This document shows, piece by piece, positions 8,966 through 18,128 of a stretch of DNA of 64,000 nucleotides. Position numbers and translations under genes: made by a program. A model generated the notes under the pieces. The model was not told the DNA's origin, made no database searches, and saw only the letters and a program-made list of their open reading frames with translations. This stretch comes from a virus, in the IMG/VR virus record IMGVR_UViG_3300020187_000015, positions 32,001 through 96,000 of that record. One strand, written 5' to 3'. Numbering within the stretch: the first letter of the stretch is position 1; each line of letters opens with the position of its first letter.

Positions 8966-9982
8966 CTATAAATCAAAGAAAACTGTCAAACCTCCATATG
9001 TAGCTGGGTAAGTTGCTCCTACTGGAACGTGAATTGTTGAAGCCGCTACACCAGAAAACACATCAGAACCCAAGGCAGGAGCAGTTGTAGCTAGGCAGTT
9101 GATTGTAGCCAGGCTAGCGCAGTTATAGAATGCTTGACTCCCGATGCTGGTGACGCTGCTGGGAATGGTGATGCTCGCCAAGCTAGTGTTAATAAATAGT
9201 GTAGCCTCAATGCTTGTAAAGTCAACATTATTTGGGAGGGTAGCGCTTTCTAAGATACTGGAGTAACCGAATGCGTAAGACCCGATACTGGAGACGCTGT
9301 CAGGGATGATAATGCTCGTCAGGACGTTGCATCTACTGAATGCGCTAAAACCGATGCTGGTGAAGTTAACGTTATTTGGGAGGGTGACGCTCGTCAGGCT
9401 AGTGCAGTAATCGAATGCGTAAGACCCGATGCTGGTGACGCTGTCGGGAATCGTGACGTTCGTCAGGCCGCAGTTATAGAATGCTAGAGACCCGATGCTG
9501 GTGACGCTGTCTGGAATGGTGATGCTCGTCAGGGCGCTACAGTAAGCGAATGAGGAAGAATCGATGCTGGTGACGCTGTCGGGAATGGTGATGCTCGTCA
9601 GGCCAGAGCAGCTAACGAATGCGCCAGCCCCGATGCTGATCACGCTGTTGGGGATGGTGACGCTCGTCAGGCTGCTGCAGCTATTGAATGCGGAAGTCCC
9701 GAAGCTGGTGACGTTACTTCCAATGTAGATGCTAGTTAATGTCGTGTTACCATCATAACCATCTAAATCAGTAATAGTTGTAAGATTTCTAGTCTGTGTT
9801 ACGCCAGCCTGAATATCTGTAGTGAATGGCACAATAGATTCCTTTTCCGCATCACTCAGAGGAAGATCTGCCAACTTAATCTTTTTGGTCTGATTTAGGT
9901 CGCTGTCTACTAGTGGTAGCACATCGATTGCTGGATCAGCTGAAGTTAGTTCTGTTAGTTGTGATATTTTTTTGTCTGCCAT
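8966..9982 (-). CDS. BspA-type leucine-rich repeat (LRR_5) protein 1, putative virion adhesin
   Basis: About ten 23-aa LTSxTIPxSVTSIGxxAFxxC repeats; N-terminal MADKKISQLTELTSAD module. Confidence 0.9.
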   Translation of the reverse strand: MADKKISQLTELTSADPAIDVLPLVDSDLNQTKKIKLADLPLSDAEKESIVPFTTDIQAGVTQTRNLTTITDLDGYDGNTTLTSIYIGSNVTSFGTSAFNSCSSLTSVTIPNSVISIGAGAFVSCSGLTSITIPDSVTSIDSSSFAYCSALTSITIPDSVTSIGSLAFYNCGLTNVTIPDSVTSIGSYAFDYCTSLTSVTLPNNVNFTSIGFSAFSRCNVLTSIIIPDSVSSIGSYAFGYSSILESATLPNNVDFTSIEATLFINTSLASITIPSSVTSIGSQAFYNCASLATINCLATTAPALGSDVFSGVAASTIHVPVGATYPATYGGLTVFFDL

Positions 9983-9994
9983 GATTTTTAAAGA

Positions 9995-11827
9995 TTAAAT
10001 TATATTAACGGTTACGTTTGCGTTTCCACCAATATTCAGGCCAGATCCAGCTGTCCAACCAAGTCCAGCTAGTACATTTATAGTAAGAGGAGATGCCGTG
10101 CCGAGGAAAATATTAATTGCGTTGTCTATAACAGTTTTATCTACATTGCAGTTAATTGTATTTAGTAGATTACAACCCTGAAAAGCTCTCTCTCCTATGC
10201 TGCCGACACTAATAGGAATTTCAACAGTTGTCAAAACATCAAGATTGCGGAATGCGTATGAACCGATAGTCGTTACTGTAGTGGGTATGGTCAAACTCAG
10301 TAAAGATCTAAGTTCAGCAAATGTGAATTGCTCAATGGTAGTAAAGCCAGTGTTGCTTGGGAGGGTGAGACTTTCTACCCTGTCACAGCCTTGGAATGCT
10401 CTTAGTTTGATGGTGGAAACGCTGTCTGGGATGGTGATGCTCGTAAAGTCGCAGTTTTGGAATGCGCCTCTACCGATGCTGGTGACGCTGTTGGGAATGG
10501 TGACGCTCGACAGGCTAGTGCAGTTATAGAATAAGTAATCTTCGATGCTGGTGAAGCCAACATTATTTGGAAGAGTGGCGCTCGCGAGGTCAGTGCAGTT
10601 TTGAAATGCGCTATTCCCGATGCTGGTGACACTGTCGGGAATGATAATGCTCGTCAGGCTTTTGCAGTTGTCGAATGCATTCGCCCCGATAGTTTCGACG
10701 CTGTCGGGAATGTTGATGCTCGTCAGGCTGCTGCAGTTATCGAATGTGAACTCCCCGATGCTGGAGACGCTGTTGGGGATGGTGACGCTCGACAGGCTAG
10801 TGCAGCCAAGGAATGCGTAATCCCCGATGGTTTCGACGCTGTCGGGAATGACGATACTTGTAAGAAATACGCAAATGCCGAACGTATCTCCCGCAATCGA
10901 GGTAAACGCAGGATTATTTGGAAGCTTGATACTCGTTAGCGCAGAATAATAAAACGCAAAACTCCCAATGGTGGTGACACTATCAGGAATGGTGACGCTC
11001 GTCAGGCTGCTGCACCGATAGAATGCGCTAAACCCGATGCTGGTGACGCTGTCGGGAATGGTGACGATCGTCAGGCTGCTGCAGACAGAGAATGTGTTAT
11101 TCTCGATACTGGTGAAATTGTTATTATTTGGAAGTGTGACGCTCGCGAGGTCAGTGCAGCGATAGAATGCCGCAGACCCGATAGTTTCGACGCTGTCGGG
11201 AATGACGATACTCGTCAGGCTAGTGCAGAAATCGAATGCGGAATCCGCGATGCTGGTGACGCTATTGCCGATGGTTGCGCTCGCGAGGCTAGTGCAGCCA
11301 CGGATTGCGCGATCCCCGATGGTTTCGACGCTGTCGGGAATGACGATACTTGTAAGAGATATGCAACCGCCGAACGTATCTTGCTCAATCGAGGTAAACG
11401 CAGGATTATTTGGAAGCTTGATACTCGTTAGCGCAGAATAATAAAACGCAAAACTCCCGATAGTGGTGACACTATCAGGAATAAAAACGCTCTGATTTGT
11501 TAAATTAGCTCCTGCAAAATTGCTATTGCTAAACGCCGCCGATCCAATGCTAGTTACATTAGTCCCAATATAAATGCTGTCTGGTTGATACGTATTGTAA
11601 AACCCATCCGAATTACTAATAGTTGTAAGATTTCTAGTTTGCTCCACGCCAGCCTGAATATCTATCGTGTATGGGTATGCGGTATCTTCAGAGGCATCAC
11701 TAAGCGGAAAGTTGGCTAATTTAATTTTTTTAGTTTTACTTTCGCTGGAGTCTACAACTGGTAAAAAATCTACTGCCGAGTCTGCTGAAGTTATTTCTGT
11801 GAGGTCTGATATTTTTTTGTTTGCCAT
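9995..11827 (-). CDS. BspA-type LRR_5 protein 2, putative virion adhesin
   Basis: About twenty LRR_5 repeats; N-terminal MANKKISDLTEITSAD module. Confidence 0.9.
   Translation of the reverse strand: MANKKISDLTEITSADSAVDFLPVVDSSESKTKKIKLANFPLSDASEDTAYPYTIDIQAGVEQTRNLTTISNSDGFYNTYQPDSIYIGTNVTSIGSAAFSNSNFAGANLTNQSVFIPDSVTTIGSFAFYYSALTSIKLPNNPAFTSIEQDTFGGCISLTSIVIPDSVETIGDRAIRGCTSLASATIGNSVTSIADSAFDFCTSLTSIVIPDSVETIGSAAFYRCTDLASVTLPNNNNFTSIENNTFSVCSSLTIVTIPDSVTSIGFSAFYRCSSLTSVTIPDSVTTIGSFAFYYSALTSIKLPNNPAFTSIAGDTFGICVFLTSIVIPDSVETIGDYAFLGCTSLSSVTIPNSVSSIGEFTFDNCSSLTSINIPDSVETIGANAFDNCKSLTSIIIPDSVTSIGNSAFQNCTDLASATLPNNVGFTSIEDYLFYNCTSLSSVTIPNSVTSIGRGAFQNCDFTSITIPDSVSTIKLRAFQGCDRVESLTLPSNTGFTTIEQFTFAELRSLLSLTIPTTVTTIGSYAFRNLDVLTTVEIPISVGSIGERAFQGCNLLNTINCNVDKTVIDNAINIFLGTASPLTINVLAGLGWTAGSGLNIGGNANVTVNII
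10820..11458. repeat. internal direct repeat in LRR gene 2 (offset 492 bp)
   Basis: 10820-10865 = 11312-11357 (46 bp identical) and 10894-10966 = 11386-11458 (73 bp identical). Confidence 0.9.
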
Positions 11828-11839
11828 TGTGGGTTTACT

Positions 11840-12532
11840 TTATATTATGTTAACGGTCACGTTTGTGTTTCCGCCAATTGTTTGGCCAGGTCCAGCTGTC
11901 CAACCCAGTCCAGATGGCGCGTTTATAGTAAGAGGAGATGCCGTGCCATTGAAAACATTATCTAGGCCATTTATAATAGAAAAATCTACATTGCAGTTAA
12001 TTGTCGCTAAGTTAACGCAATTACGAAAAGCGTTATCCCCAATACTAGTCACACTGCTGGGAATGGTTAAGCTGTTCAGGACATTGCAGTTTTGAAGTGC
12101 GCTAACCCCGATGCTGGTAACGCTGTCTGGAATATTGATACTTTGGATAGCGAAGCAGAGCCGAAATGCATTTTGATCGATACTTGTGATACCGTTAGCG
12201 ATGGTTACATCCGTCAGGGCATCGCAACGAATGAATGCGGATTGCCCGATGCTGGGAACATTGCTCCCAATATAGATACTAGTTAAAGTAGTGTCATCGC
12301 CGTAATACTGATTGTAAGTCAACGGAGCAGTAATATTTCGTGTTTGCTCCACAGTGCCGTGAAAGTCTGTAGTATACGTATACACATGGTTTTTAGCCGA
12401 ATCGCTCAGTGGCAAATTACTAAATCTAATCTTTTTGGTCTCATCTGCGCTGGTATCTACAACAGGTAAGAGGTCAGTTGCTGCGTCAGCTGAAGTTAGT
12501 TCCGTAAGTTCTGATATTTTTTTGTCCGCCAT
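11840..12532 (-). CDS. BspA-type LRR_5 protein 3, putative virion adhesin
   Basis: About four to five LRR_5 repeats; same N-terminal module; C-terminus shared with protein 2; GTGTAA late motif upstream. Confidence 0.9.
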   Translation of the reverse strand: MADKKISELTELTSADAATDLLPVVDTSADETKKIRFSNLPLSDSAKNHVYTYTTDFHGTVEQTRNITAPLTYNQYYGDDTTLTSIYIGSNVPSIGQSAFIRCDALTDVTIANGITSIDQNAFRLCFAIQSINIPDSVTSIGVSALQNCNVLNSLTIPSSVTSIGDNAFRNCVNLATINCNVDFSIINGLDNVFNGTASPLTINAPSGLGWTAGPGQTIGGNTNVTVNII

Positions 12533-12546
12533 AGTATTTATTACAC
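12533..12546 (-). promoter_or_regulatory. putative late promoter motif
   Basis: GTGTAA-TAAATACT-ATG; same motif at 2765, 3271, 50493, 52636, 63614. Confidence 0.65.
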
Positions 12547-12559
12547 TATAATTTATAGG

Positions 12560-12940
12560 TTAATCTATAATACTAGCAAAATCATTTTCTAAGTTAGTCT
12601 TTGGCTTATCTTCAACGTGCTTATTACCTACTTCTTTTTCATATTTTTCAAAATATGATTTTTTGACTGGATCATATCCAAGCCTCTCTTCTCTTTCTAT
12701 GCTAAGCTCTTTAGAGTAGTCCAACATATCTCCATATGTGCCTTTCATTTTTCCAGTCTTATCAGTAAAAGCCACTTTGTCGAAGGCATCGATTTTACTA
12801 TGGGTACTGAAGTTTATTGGGGTATAAGATCTATCCCATTTTAAGCCGTCCTCATCATGAAAAACATGTTCATCGTTGACCGATTGAATTAACTCAATAT
12901 ACTCTTCTCTTTCTGGATGTTTGTAAATGTATTCTGGCAT
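12560..12940 (-). CDS. FmdB-like small protein lacking the zinc-ribbon cysteines
   Basis: MPEYIYKHPEREEYIELIQSVNDEH resembles MPxYxYxC...E start of FmdB family. Confidence 0.5.
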   Translation of the reverse strand: MPEYIYKHPEREEYIELIQSVNDEHVFHDEDGLKWDRSYTPINFSTHSKIDAFDKVAFTDKTGKMKGTYGDMLDYSKELSIEREERLGYDPVKKSYFEKYEKEVGNKHVEDKPKTNLENDFASIID

Positions 12941-12978
12941 AATACATTATGCTATAGTTTTAACCTTATTCCAATTAT

Positions 12979-14016
12979 TTAAGATATAATATCCTTAACG
13001 CTTTCTCCAGACTCCCACATTCTGCAGGACCAGTAGCGAGCTTTATATTTTGGACCAGGATTTGTATCGCACTTATGCCTAGCTCTAAATGACTTTCTGC
13101 GATCTGGATCATCTCTCTTTATTTCCATATTAGGATCTCCGAAATTAACCTTTACTACATTCCCCTTTTCGTTTTTAACATAAACCGAAAACTTCTTTGG
13201 ACCCTTTGGTGTTCTGAATGGTTTATTCAATTTGACACCCTTTTTTAATTCAGCCGCAAAAGTAAAAGAGTCAACTTCTTTTCCATCTCTATCCAAATCA
13301 TCGTCACAATCGCTAGACATTATACTCTTTGGTTTATTGTAAGAAGCATCATGAGAATCATTTTCGTTAAACCATTTTTGGAAAACGTCTTCGCTTGATC
13401 CTGGAAAATACATAGGAGTTCCGTCAGCCATTTCGTCTGTGTGAATTTCGCCCTTAAAACCAATTTGAATTGATTTTTTTCTTGCGCCTTCTGGAGTGGA
13501 AAAAATATAATCTTCCATTCCAGCTTTACACTTCGCCGCACCATTATGATCAGAGTCTTTCATTAATTTGCCATCAGGCATATAGTGATAACCTTCAGGA
13601 GCTTCTTTGGAGGCTTTTTTGGGTCTACCATCTTTTCCAGAAGGACCAGACATTGGGTGGCTCTTTGGCAATAAATCAGTGTCGTGTTTTCCACTTTTGT
13701 ATTTTAAATTTCTTAATGCATGCAAGAAGGAATTGACTCGCGCCATAGCCCATTGCTGCGAGCTTTTTACGCTTGGTCTAACACTCTGAGGGTTTGTTCG
13801 ATAGGCTCCAACCCCTCTTTTGTATACCGCTTCTAGTTTAGAGAGGGTAACTCTCTTTCTTTTGTCGTCTCCGAATTTTTCATTGTGTTCTTTTACCTTC
13901 TTTTTCAAGGATTCTGCAAGAGACGCTTCACTCATCTCTATAAAGCATAGCTCATCTTCTGAGAAAGATACTTCCATTATTTGTTTTCCGTTTTTTAAAA
14001 AATTACGAATGTCCAT
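12979..14016 (-). CDS. multi-module basic protein (putative head-associated/internal protein)
   Basis: Modules: AVYKRGVGAY...QWAMARVNSF; PEGYHYMPDGKLM; FSTPEGARKKS...GEIH; KKFSVYVK...VNFGDPNM...RRKSFRARHKC...ARYWSC. Start at ATG 14016 behind a GTGTAT motif. Confidence 0.6.
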   Translation of the reverse strand: MDIRNFLKNGKQIMEVSFSEDELCFIEMSEASLAESLKKKVKEHNEKFGDDKRKRVTLSKLEAVYKRGVGAYRTNPQSVRPSVKSSQQWAMARVNSFLHALRNLKYKSGKHDTDLLPKSHPMSGPSGKDGRPKKASKEAPEGYHYMPDGKLMKDSDHNGAAKCKAGMEDYIFSTPEGARKKSIQIGFKGEIHTDEMADGTPMYFPGSSEDVFQKWFNENDSHDASYNKPKSIMSSDCDDDLDRDGKEVDSFTFAAELKKGVKLNKPFRTPKGPKKFSVYVKNEKGNVVKVNFGDPNMEIKRDDPDRRKSFRARHKCDTNPGPKYKARYWSCRMWESGESVKDIIS

Positions 14017-14043
14017 AGTAGGTATTATACACAATAATATTGC

Positions 14044-14073
14044 AAAAAAGAAAGGCCTTCCCGAAGGAAGGCC
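14044..14073 (-). terminator. rho-independent terminator
   Basis: GGCCTTCC-TTCG-GGAAGGCC followed by TTTCTTTTTT on the minus strand. Confidence 0.9.
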
Positions 14074-14078
14074 ATCAA

Positions 14079-14285
14079 TTATACTACAGCAAGACTCTTG
14101 ATTGAGTTTCGATGGACTTTAATTTCTCCACGCTTTCCAGAGAAGCGATCAAAGATTACGAATGTTTCTCCGATAGATTTAACTTTACCCATAAAGCATT
14201 CGGAAACTTTAGAATTTTGTAGACTTACTCTCATAAATTTACCGCGGGACTTTGTTACTTTTGATTTAATAGTACTTGTATTCAT
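14079..14285 (-). CDS. small basic beta-barrel (SH3/Sm-like) protein
   Basis: 68 aa, beta-rich pattern GKFMRVSL...GKVKSIGETFVIFD...IKVHRNSIKSL. Confidence 0.5.
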   Translation of the reverse strand: MNTSTIKSKVTKSRGKFMRVSLQNSKVSECFMGKVKSIGETFVIFDRFSGKRGEIKVHRNSIKSLAVV

Positions 14286-15397
14286 TATATTTTTATTAGT
14301 TCTAGTATTTCGTCACAGAATTTTGCATCTGTGAACTGAGATGGTAGCTTTTTGCCGCCTTCATTAATTTTCCCATCAAGGACATTTTTAACGGCAGAAT
14401 CTAATGAAGTAGACATATTTTCTATATCTAAATCATAAATATTTCCGCAATTAAATGGAGACCCCTGTTGAAAGAAAAGATTATCGATTGCTGAAATTTT
14501 ACCATTAGGAGCCACTTTAATAGAATTACTATCAGTTGCCCACTCTTTAATTCCAGAATTAAAATTAACTACACATTGCTTGCCGAGTCCAGCCATATGG
14601 AAAGAAGGTAGAGACCAAGATTCTCCACCGCTTCCATCAACAACAATGTCTGCAATATTATATGCTTGATTCAACTCCGTTAACTTTCTAAAGTAGGGCA
14701 TAAAGATCATGTTATGGGGAACATCTCCATCACAAGCCTCGACTACTTTCATTTTGTTTATCTCCATAGATTTATTCGGGTCTTGATGGAAAAAGGGATT
14801 GAATATATGAAGATGTATCTTGAATCTCTTATCATTCCCAAATTTATTTTTTAACAAATTAATGATACTAGCAGTATGCTTTCTTTTTTCAAATTTGCCA
14901 GCTAAAGCAATTACAATTTCATTATTTTCATACTTTTTAACTTCAGTCTCTTTAAAAGCAAGGGAGTTGTAACCCAAGTTAATTGTTTTGTGGTTATCAA
15001 CTCCATATTCTTTGCAGACCTCTTCCGTGAAAGAACAAGGTGATGCAACTTTGTCATAGGAGTTCAAAATATTTTTTTCAGTCGCAGTAAGTTGATCTAG
15101 CTCATGGAAAAAATAAAGGAAGGGGTTTTTACTGATTGAATCTTGAGAGCCATTGATGTGCCAAATTCTCAAGGACGGTTCAGTTCTCTTGAAGTCTTTC
15201 AATGATTTTTGAGTACACAATTGCAACCAAGCCATGAACTGTTCAGGAATGATATCTTCATAAGAAGATAGATCTATTCCAGCTATTGGAAAAATATTAG
15301 GCTCCAGCTTTCTAGAGAATAGCTCATATAGAAGATTGGTAGATACTTGACCTAAGCTAGTGCCATTAATGGGGACCTGCAAACTAAAATTACTCAT
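14285..15397 (-). CDS. glycosyltransferase, GT4-like (GT-B)
   Basis: AGKFEKRKH, YNIADIVV..SGGESWSLPSFH (variant of the EGFGLP motif). Confidence 0.8.
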   Translation of the reverse strand: MSNFSLQVPINGTSLGQVSTNLLYELFSRKLEPNIFPIAGIDLSSYEDIIPEQFMAWLQLCTQKSLKDFKRTEPSLRIWHINGSQDSISKNPFLYFFHELDQLTATEKNILNSYDKVASPCSFTEEVCKEYGVDNHKTINLGYNSLAFKETEVKKYENNEIVIALAGKFEKRKHTASIINLLKNKFGNDKRFKIHLHIFNPFFHQDPNKSMEINKMKVVEACDGDVPHNMIFMPYFRKLTELNQAYNIADIVVDGSGGESWSLPSFHMAGLGKQCVVNFNSGIKEWATDSNSIKVAPNGKISAIDNLFFQQGSPFNCGNIYDLDIENMSTSLDSAVKNVLDGKINEGGKKLPSQFTDAKFCDEILELIKI

Positions 15398-15914
15398 TAT
15401 TTAAAATCTGTTTATATCTATCTAAAATTCTATTGTACTTTTGACGAATCCATTCGCCAGAATATTTGTTATTCATGTCTTTAGCTATCTCTGAAAATGT
15501 CATTCCTGACAACCTTTTTTCTAAAATTTCTCTATTTTCTTTATTTTGAATATCATTTTCAACATAACTCAATAACTCCCTTTTACCGTAATTGGGCATG
15601 TGTACTAAGTGGTTATCCTCTATTTCTACGAAATACTTCTTTGAGCTGCAAAGGCTCTGACATGTCCAAAATGCTTTATTGCCTATCCAGGTTGAGAATT
15701 TGCTCCTACTAACATCAAATTCTTTTGCAGCATCATAAAAAAAACTTAAAGGATTTTCTTTTAAATCTTCAATCTCCATTATTCCAGAGTAAGCATTGGC
15801 CTTTTTATAAAAGATTCCGCTGTGCCGCTCTTGTAACTCTTTCAAACAGTTATTTACGTCAATACCATTTTTTATATTTTCAGTAAGCTCTAAATCAGAT
15901 AAATCATCAATCAT
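15390..15914 (-). CDS. phage RNA polymerase sigma factor (sigma70/ECF-like)
   Basis: Region-2-like AAKEFDVSRSKFSTWI and region-4 HTH MTFSEIAKDMNNKYSGEWIRQ; likely start ATG 15914. Confidence 0.75.
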   Translation of the reverse strand: MIDDLSDLELTENIKNGIDVNNCLKELQERHSGIFYKKANAYSGIMEIEDLKENPLSFFYDAAKEFDVSRSKFSTWIGNKAFWTCQSLCSSKKYFVEIEDNHLVHMPNYGKRELLSYVENDIQNKENREILEKRLSGMTFSEIAKDMNNKYSGEWIRQKYNRILDRYKQILNNE

Positions 15915-15921
15915 TCCTCCT

Positions 15922-15949
15922 AATATACTACAAATAAAACAAATGTCAA
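15922..15949 (-). promoter_or_regulatory. sigma70-type promoter of the sigma gene (divergent region)
   Basis: TTGACA-N16-TATATT-N7-ATG; a divergent TTGACT lies at 15957 on the plus strand. Confidence 0.6.
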
Positions 15950-15992
15950 TAAAAAGTTGACTTTTTTGCAAGATATTTTATATGTTTGATAA

Positions 15993-16286
15993 ATGGAAGA
16001 TATAAAACAACCTAAACGTGCGTGGAAAGGGACTTGGATACCTAAAAATATCTGGGAGAACGAACAACTAACTTGGATGGAAAAATGCATCTGGGCAGAA
16101 ATCTTCAATCTGGATGATGATGATCGAGGTGGATGCTGGGCATCGAATGCTTTTTTGGCGAAAAAATTTAACACCAGTCCTCAAACCATAACCAATACAA
16201 TATGCAAACTAAAAAAGCTTAAATTACTTAAGCAAGTAGCCTTTGATGGGAGGCAAAGAGTGCTAAAATCTACCTATTTAGACTAA
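15993..16286 (+). CDS. winged-HTH protein, replication-initiator N-terminal-like
   Basis: KGTWIPKNIWENEQLTWMEKCIWAEI...GCWASNAFLAKKFNTSPQTITNTICKLKK (HTH_36-like). Confidence 0.75.
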   Translation: MEDIKQPKRAWKGTWIPKNIWENEQLTWMEKCIWAEIFNLDDDDRGGCWASNAFLAKKFNTSPQTITNTICKLKKLKLLKQVAFDGRQRVLKSTYLD

Positions 16287-16328
16287 ACCTATAGGTTTAC
16301 TCTGACCAAACCCTATGGTTTACCATAG
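16281..16328. repeat. palindrome/iteron-like cluster, candidate replication origin
   Basis: Perfect palindrome TAAACCTATAGGTTTA (16284-16299), a 15/20 repeat 23 bp later, and CTATGGT-TT-ACCATAG; followed by about 100 bp of very AT-rich DNA. Confidence 0.5.
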
Positions 16329-16429
16329 AATAAAGGATAAAATAAAGATTTATTTCTAAAGAAATAAATAAGAAAACGAGTTTTCTAAAAAAGAATTGTT
16401 TTTAAATCATAATATGACTATAAAAGTTT

Positions 16430-17272
16430 ATGGAAGATTTTACAGATAAGATAACGATTGGGATTCTTGACTTTTTTCAAGAGAAAGAGTCAAAGGAACT
16501 GCTAATGTCCTTAGCTGAAAATCTTTTGATAGATGTTAACATTCTTTTTATCGACAACGGAACTCCAAAAAGTTATAGTAAACAGTTCCTGAATGATGGA
16601 CTAATTGATGAGTTAATTATAAACGATAGTAATCTTGGCTGTGGCCCAGCTACCGTTCAAATGTATGATTATTGCAAAACTCCATATTTGATATACGTCC
16701 AAAGCGATCAAAGGCTAAATCAAAAGATTGACGCAGATTCAATGAATGGGATGATTAGAGCTTTGGACGAATACCACTGCATTGACTTGGCTGGAAATCA
16801 AGGGAATGGAAAATTCTCAGAAAGAGCTAATATGATGAAAACGGAATTCTATAAAAGAATTCCAAAACCTACTTTAGGTGGACCAGGAATCACAAATGAT
16901 CAAAAGTATGTAGAGGAATGGGTTCAAGATTTTTTTGCAGACAATAATTGCGTTATAGCTCATGTTAGGCCAACAGTATTTTCTGACGAAGGTTATTACT
17001 CAGTAAGAGAATTGTCACAAGAAGACCCTTGCATTTTAAAACATTCTTGCTGGACCAAGGAGATGTGGATTCTTACTGACCCCCCGAAGAATAGGCATGA
17101 GGTTTATCCACCTCTTAACGAAGAGGAGTGGGATAGATTGATAAAAGGAGATTTTCCTAGGTGGAAAAACAACGAAAGGGGCTATGTACCAGAGGCTTGG
17201 AGAGACAACATTATTACCAATGAAATCGTGGAATCAAAAATTAGAGAAGACATAAAAAATGACACCGATTAA
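16430..17272 (+). CDS. glycosyltransferase, GT-A/GT2-like
   Basis: ILFIDNGT, NLGCG, LIYVQSDQ (DxD-equivalent). Confidence 0.7.
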   Translation: MEDFTDKITIGILDFFQEKESKELLMSLAENLLIDVNILFIDNGTPKSYSKQFLNDGLIDELIINDSNLGCGPATVQMYDYCKTPYLIYVQSDQRLNQKIDADSMNGMIRALDEYHCIDLAGNQGNGKFSERANMMKTEFYKRIPKPTLGGPGITNDQKYVEEWVQDFFADNNCVIAHVRPTVFSDEGYYSVRELSQEDPCILKHSCWTKEMWILTDPPKNRHEVYPPLNEEEWDRLIKGDFPRWKNNERGYVPEAWRDNIITNEIVESKIREDIKNDTD

Positions 17273-18128
17273 AAATAAAATTTGGCTATGCGGACTTACT
17301 TATGGCCCAGCTATTGAAGCCGTAAAAAATAACATTATCCCTATTGCTAAGCATTTCGATGGATTGAATATTGTTCTCCATAAGAGTGGACCAATCCTAA
17401 CTGAACAGGAAAGCCAGTTATTTAGCATACTAAATGAAAATAGGGGACAAGGTAAAATTCATATTTTCGATTGGATTAGAAGATATGATTTTTCTAGGAA
17501 TAGATATTTGTTTGACCCATTAATGAATTCTGGAGACTTCTTTGTAGTTTTAGACTCGTTGGAAAATATGACAGAAAATTTCTGTACAACAGATCTTCCG
17601 AAGATTAGAAAATCAATGGTAGACAATGACCTTGAGGGAGTCTTTCTTCATGGCAAGGGTTTTATTTTTAGAAAAAACGAATGGATGAAATATGAAAACG
17701 GAACTCATGAATGCATCAGACCCATGAATAGAGCTGCTGAGCTTACGCAGATTGCGGGCTATGAAGACAGTTCAAAATACTTCACAAACACTAGGCCAAA
17801 CAAGAGAGAAAAACTTCATTTTGTAGAACACTTTTTTAGATATTATCTAATCGATAACACTATGCAGTGCTATTTAGGCACTGAGAAAGATGAAGGACTT
17901 ACTAGAATTAGGTTAGAGAATAGACATGATTTTAGAAATCATCTGTTAAGCAAAGGAGTTGAATTCAATTACGAATCAGTCCTTGAGTTCTTTGAGCAGG
18001 ACATAGATCAAGATACTAAAGATCTTATCAATAAAGAAAAAATTCTTAATGACTTCTATAGAAATAAAATACTAGGTGAAGTAGACATTTTAGATAATCA
18101 CGATTACGAAAACATAAAGCCTATATGA
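17259..18128 (+). CDS. glycosyltransferase, GT-A-like
   Basis: WIRRYDFSRN, VVLDSLE, YENGTHE pattern of SpsA/GT2-like enzymes. Confidence 0.6.
   Translation: MTPIKNKIWLCGLTYGPAIEAVKNNIIPIAKHFDGLNIVLHKSGPILTEQESQLFSILNENRGQGKIHIFDWIRRYDFSRNRYLFDPLMNSGDFFVVLDSLENMTENFCTTDLPKIRKSMVDNDLEGVFLHGKGFIFRKNEWMKYENGTHECIRPMNRAAELTQIAGYEDSSKYFTNTRPNKREKLHFVEHFFRYYLIDNTMQCYLGTEKDEGLTRIRLENRHDFRNHLLSKGVEFNYESVLEFFEQDIDQDTKDLINKEKILNDFYRNKILGEVDILDNHDYENIKPI

Noticed and set aside
9100-11480. CRISPR-like array (regular ~69-bp periodicity)
   Set aside because: Repeats are in-frame coding LRR units, degenerate, without unique spacers or a cas operon.
10197-12286. Several plus-strand ORFs over the LRR genes
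   Set aside because: Antisense shadows caused by repetitive GC-rich codons.
8966-12532. Diversity-generating retroelement acting on the LRR genes
   Set aside because: No reverse transcriptase in the window, and differences between the near-identical copies are not adenine-specific (include C/G, G/T and C/T).
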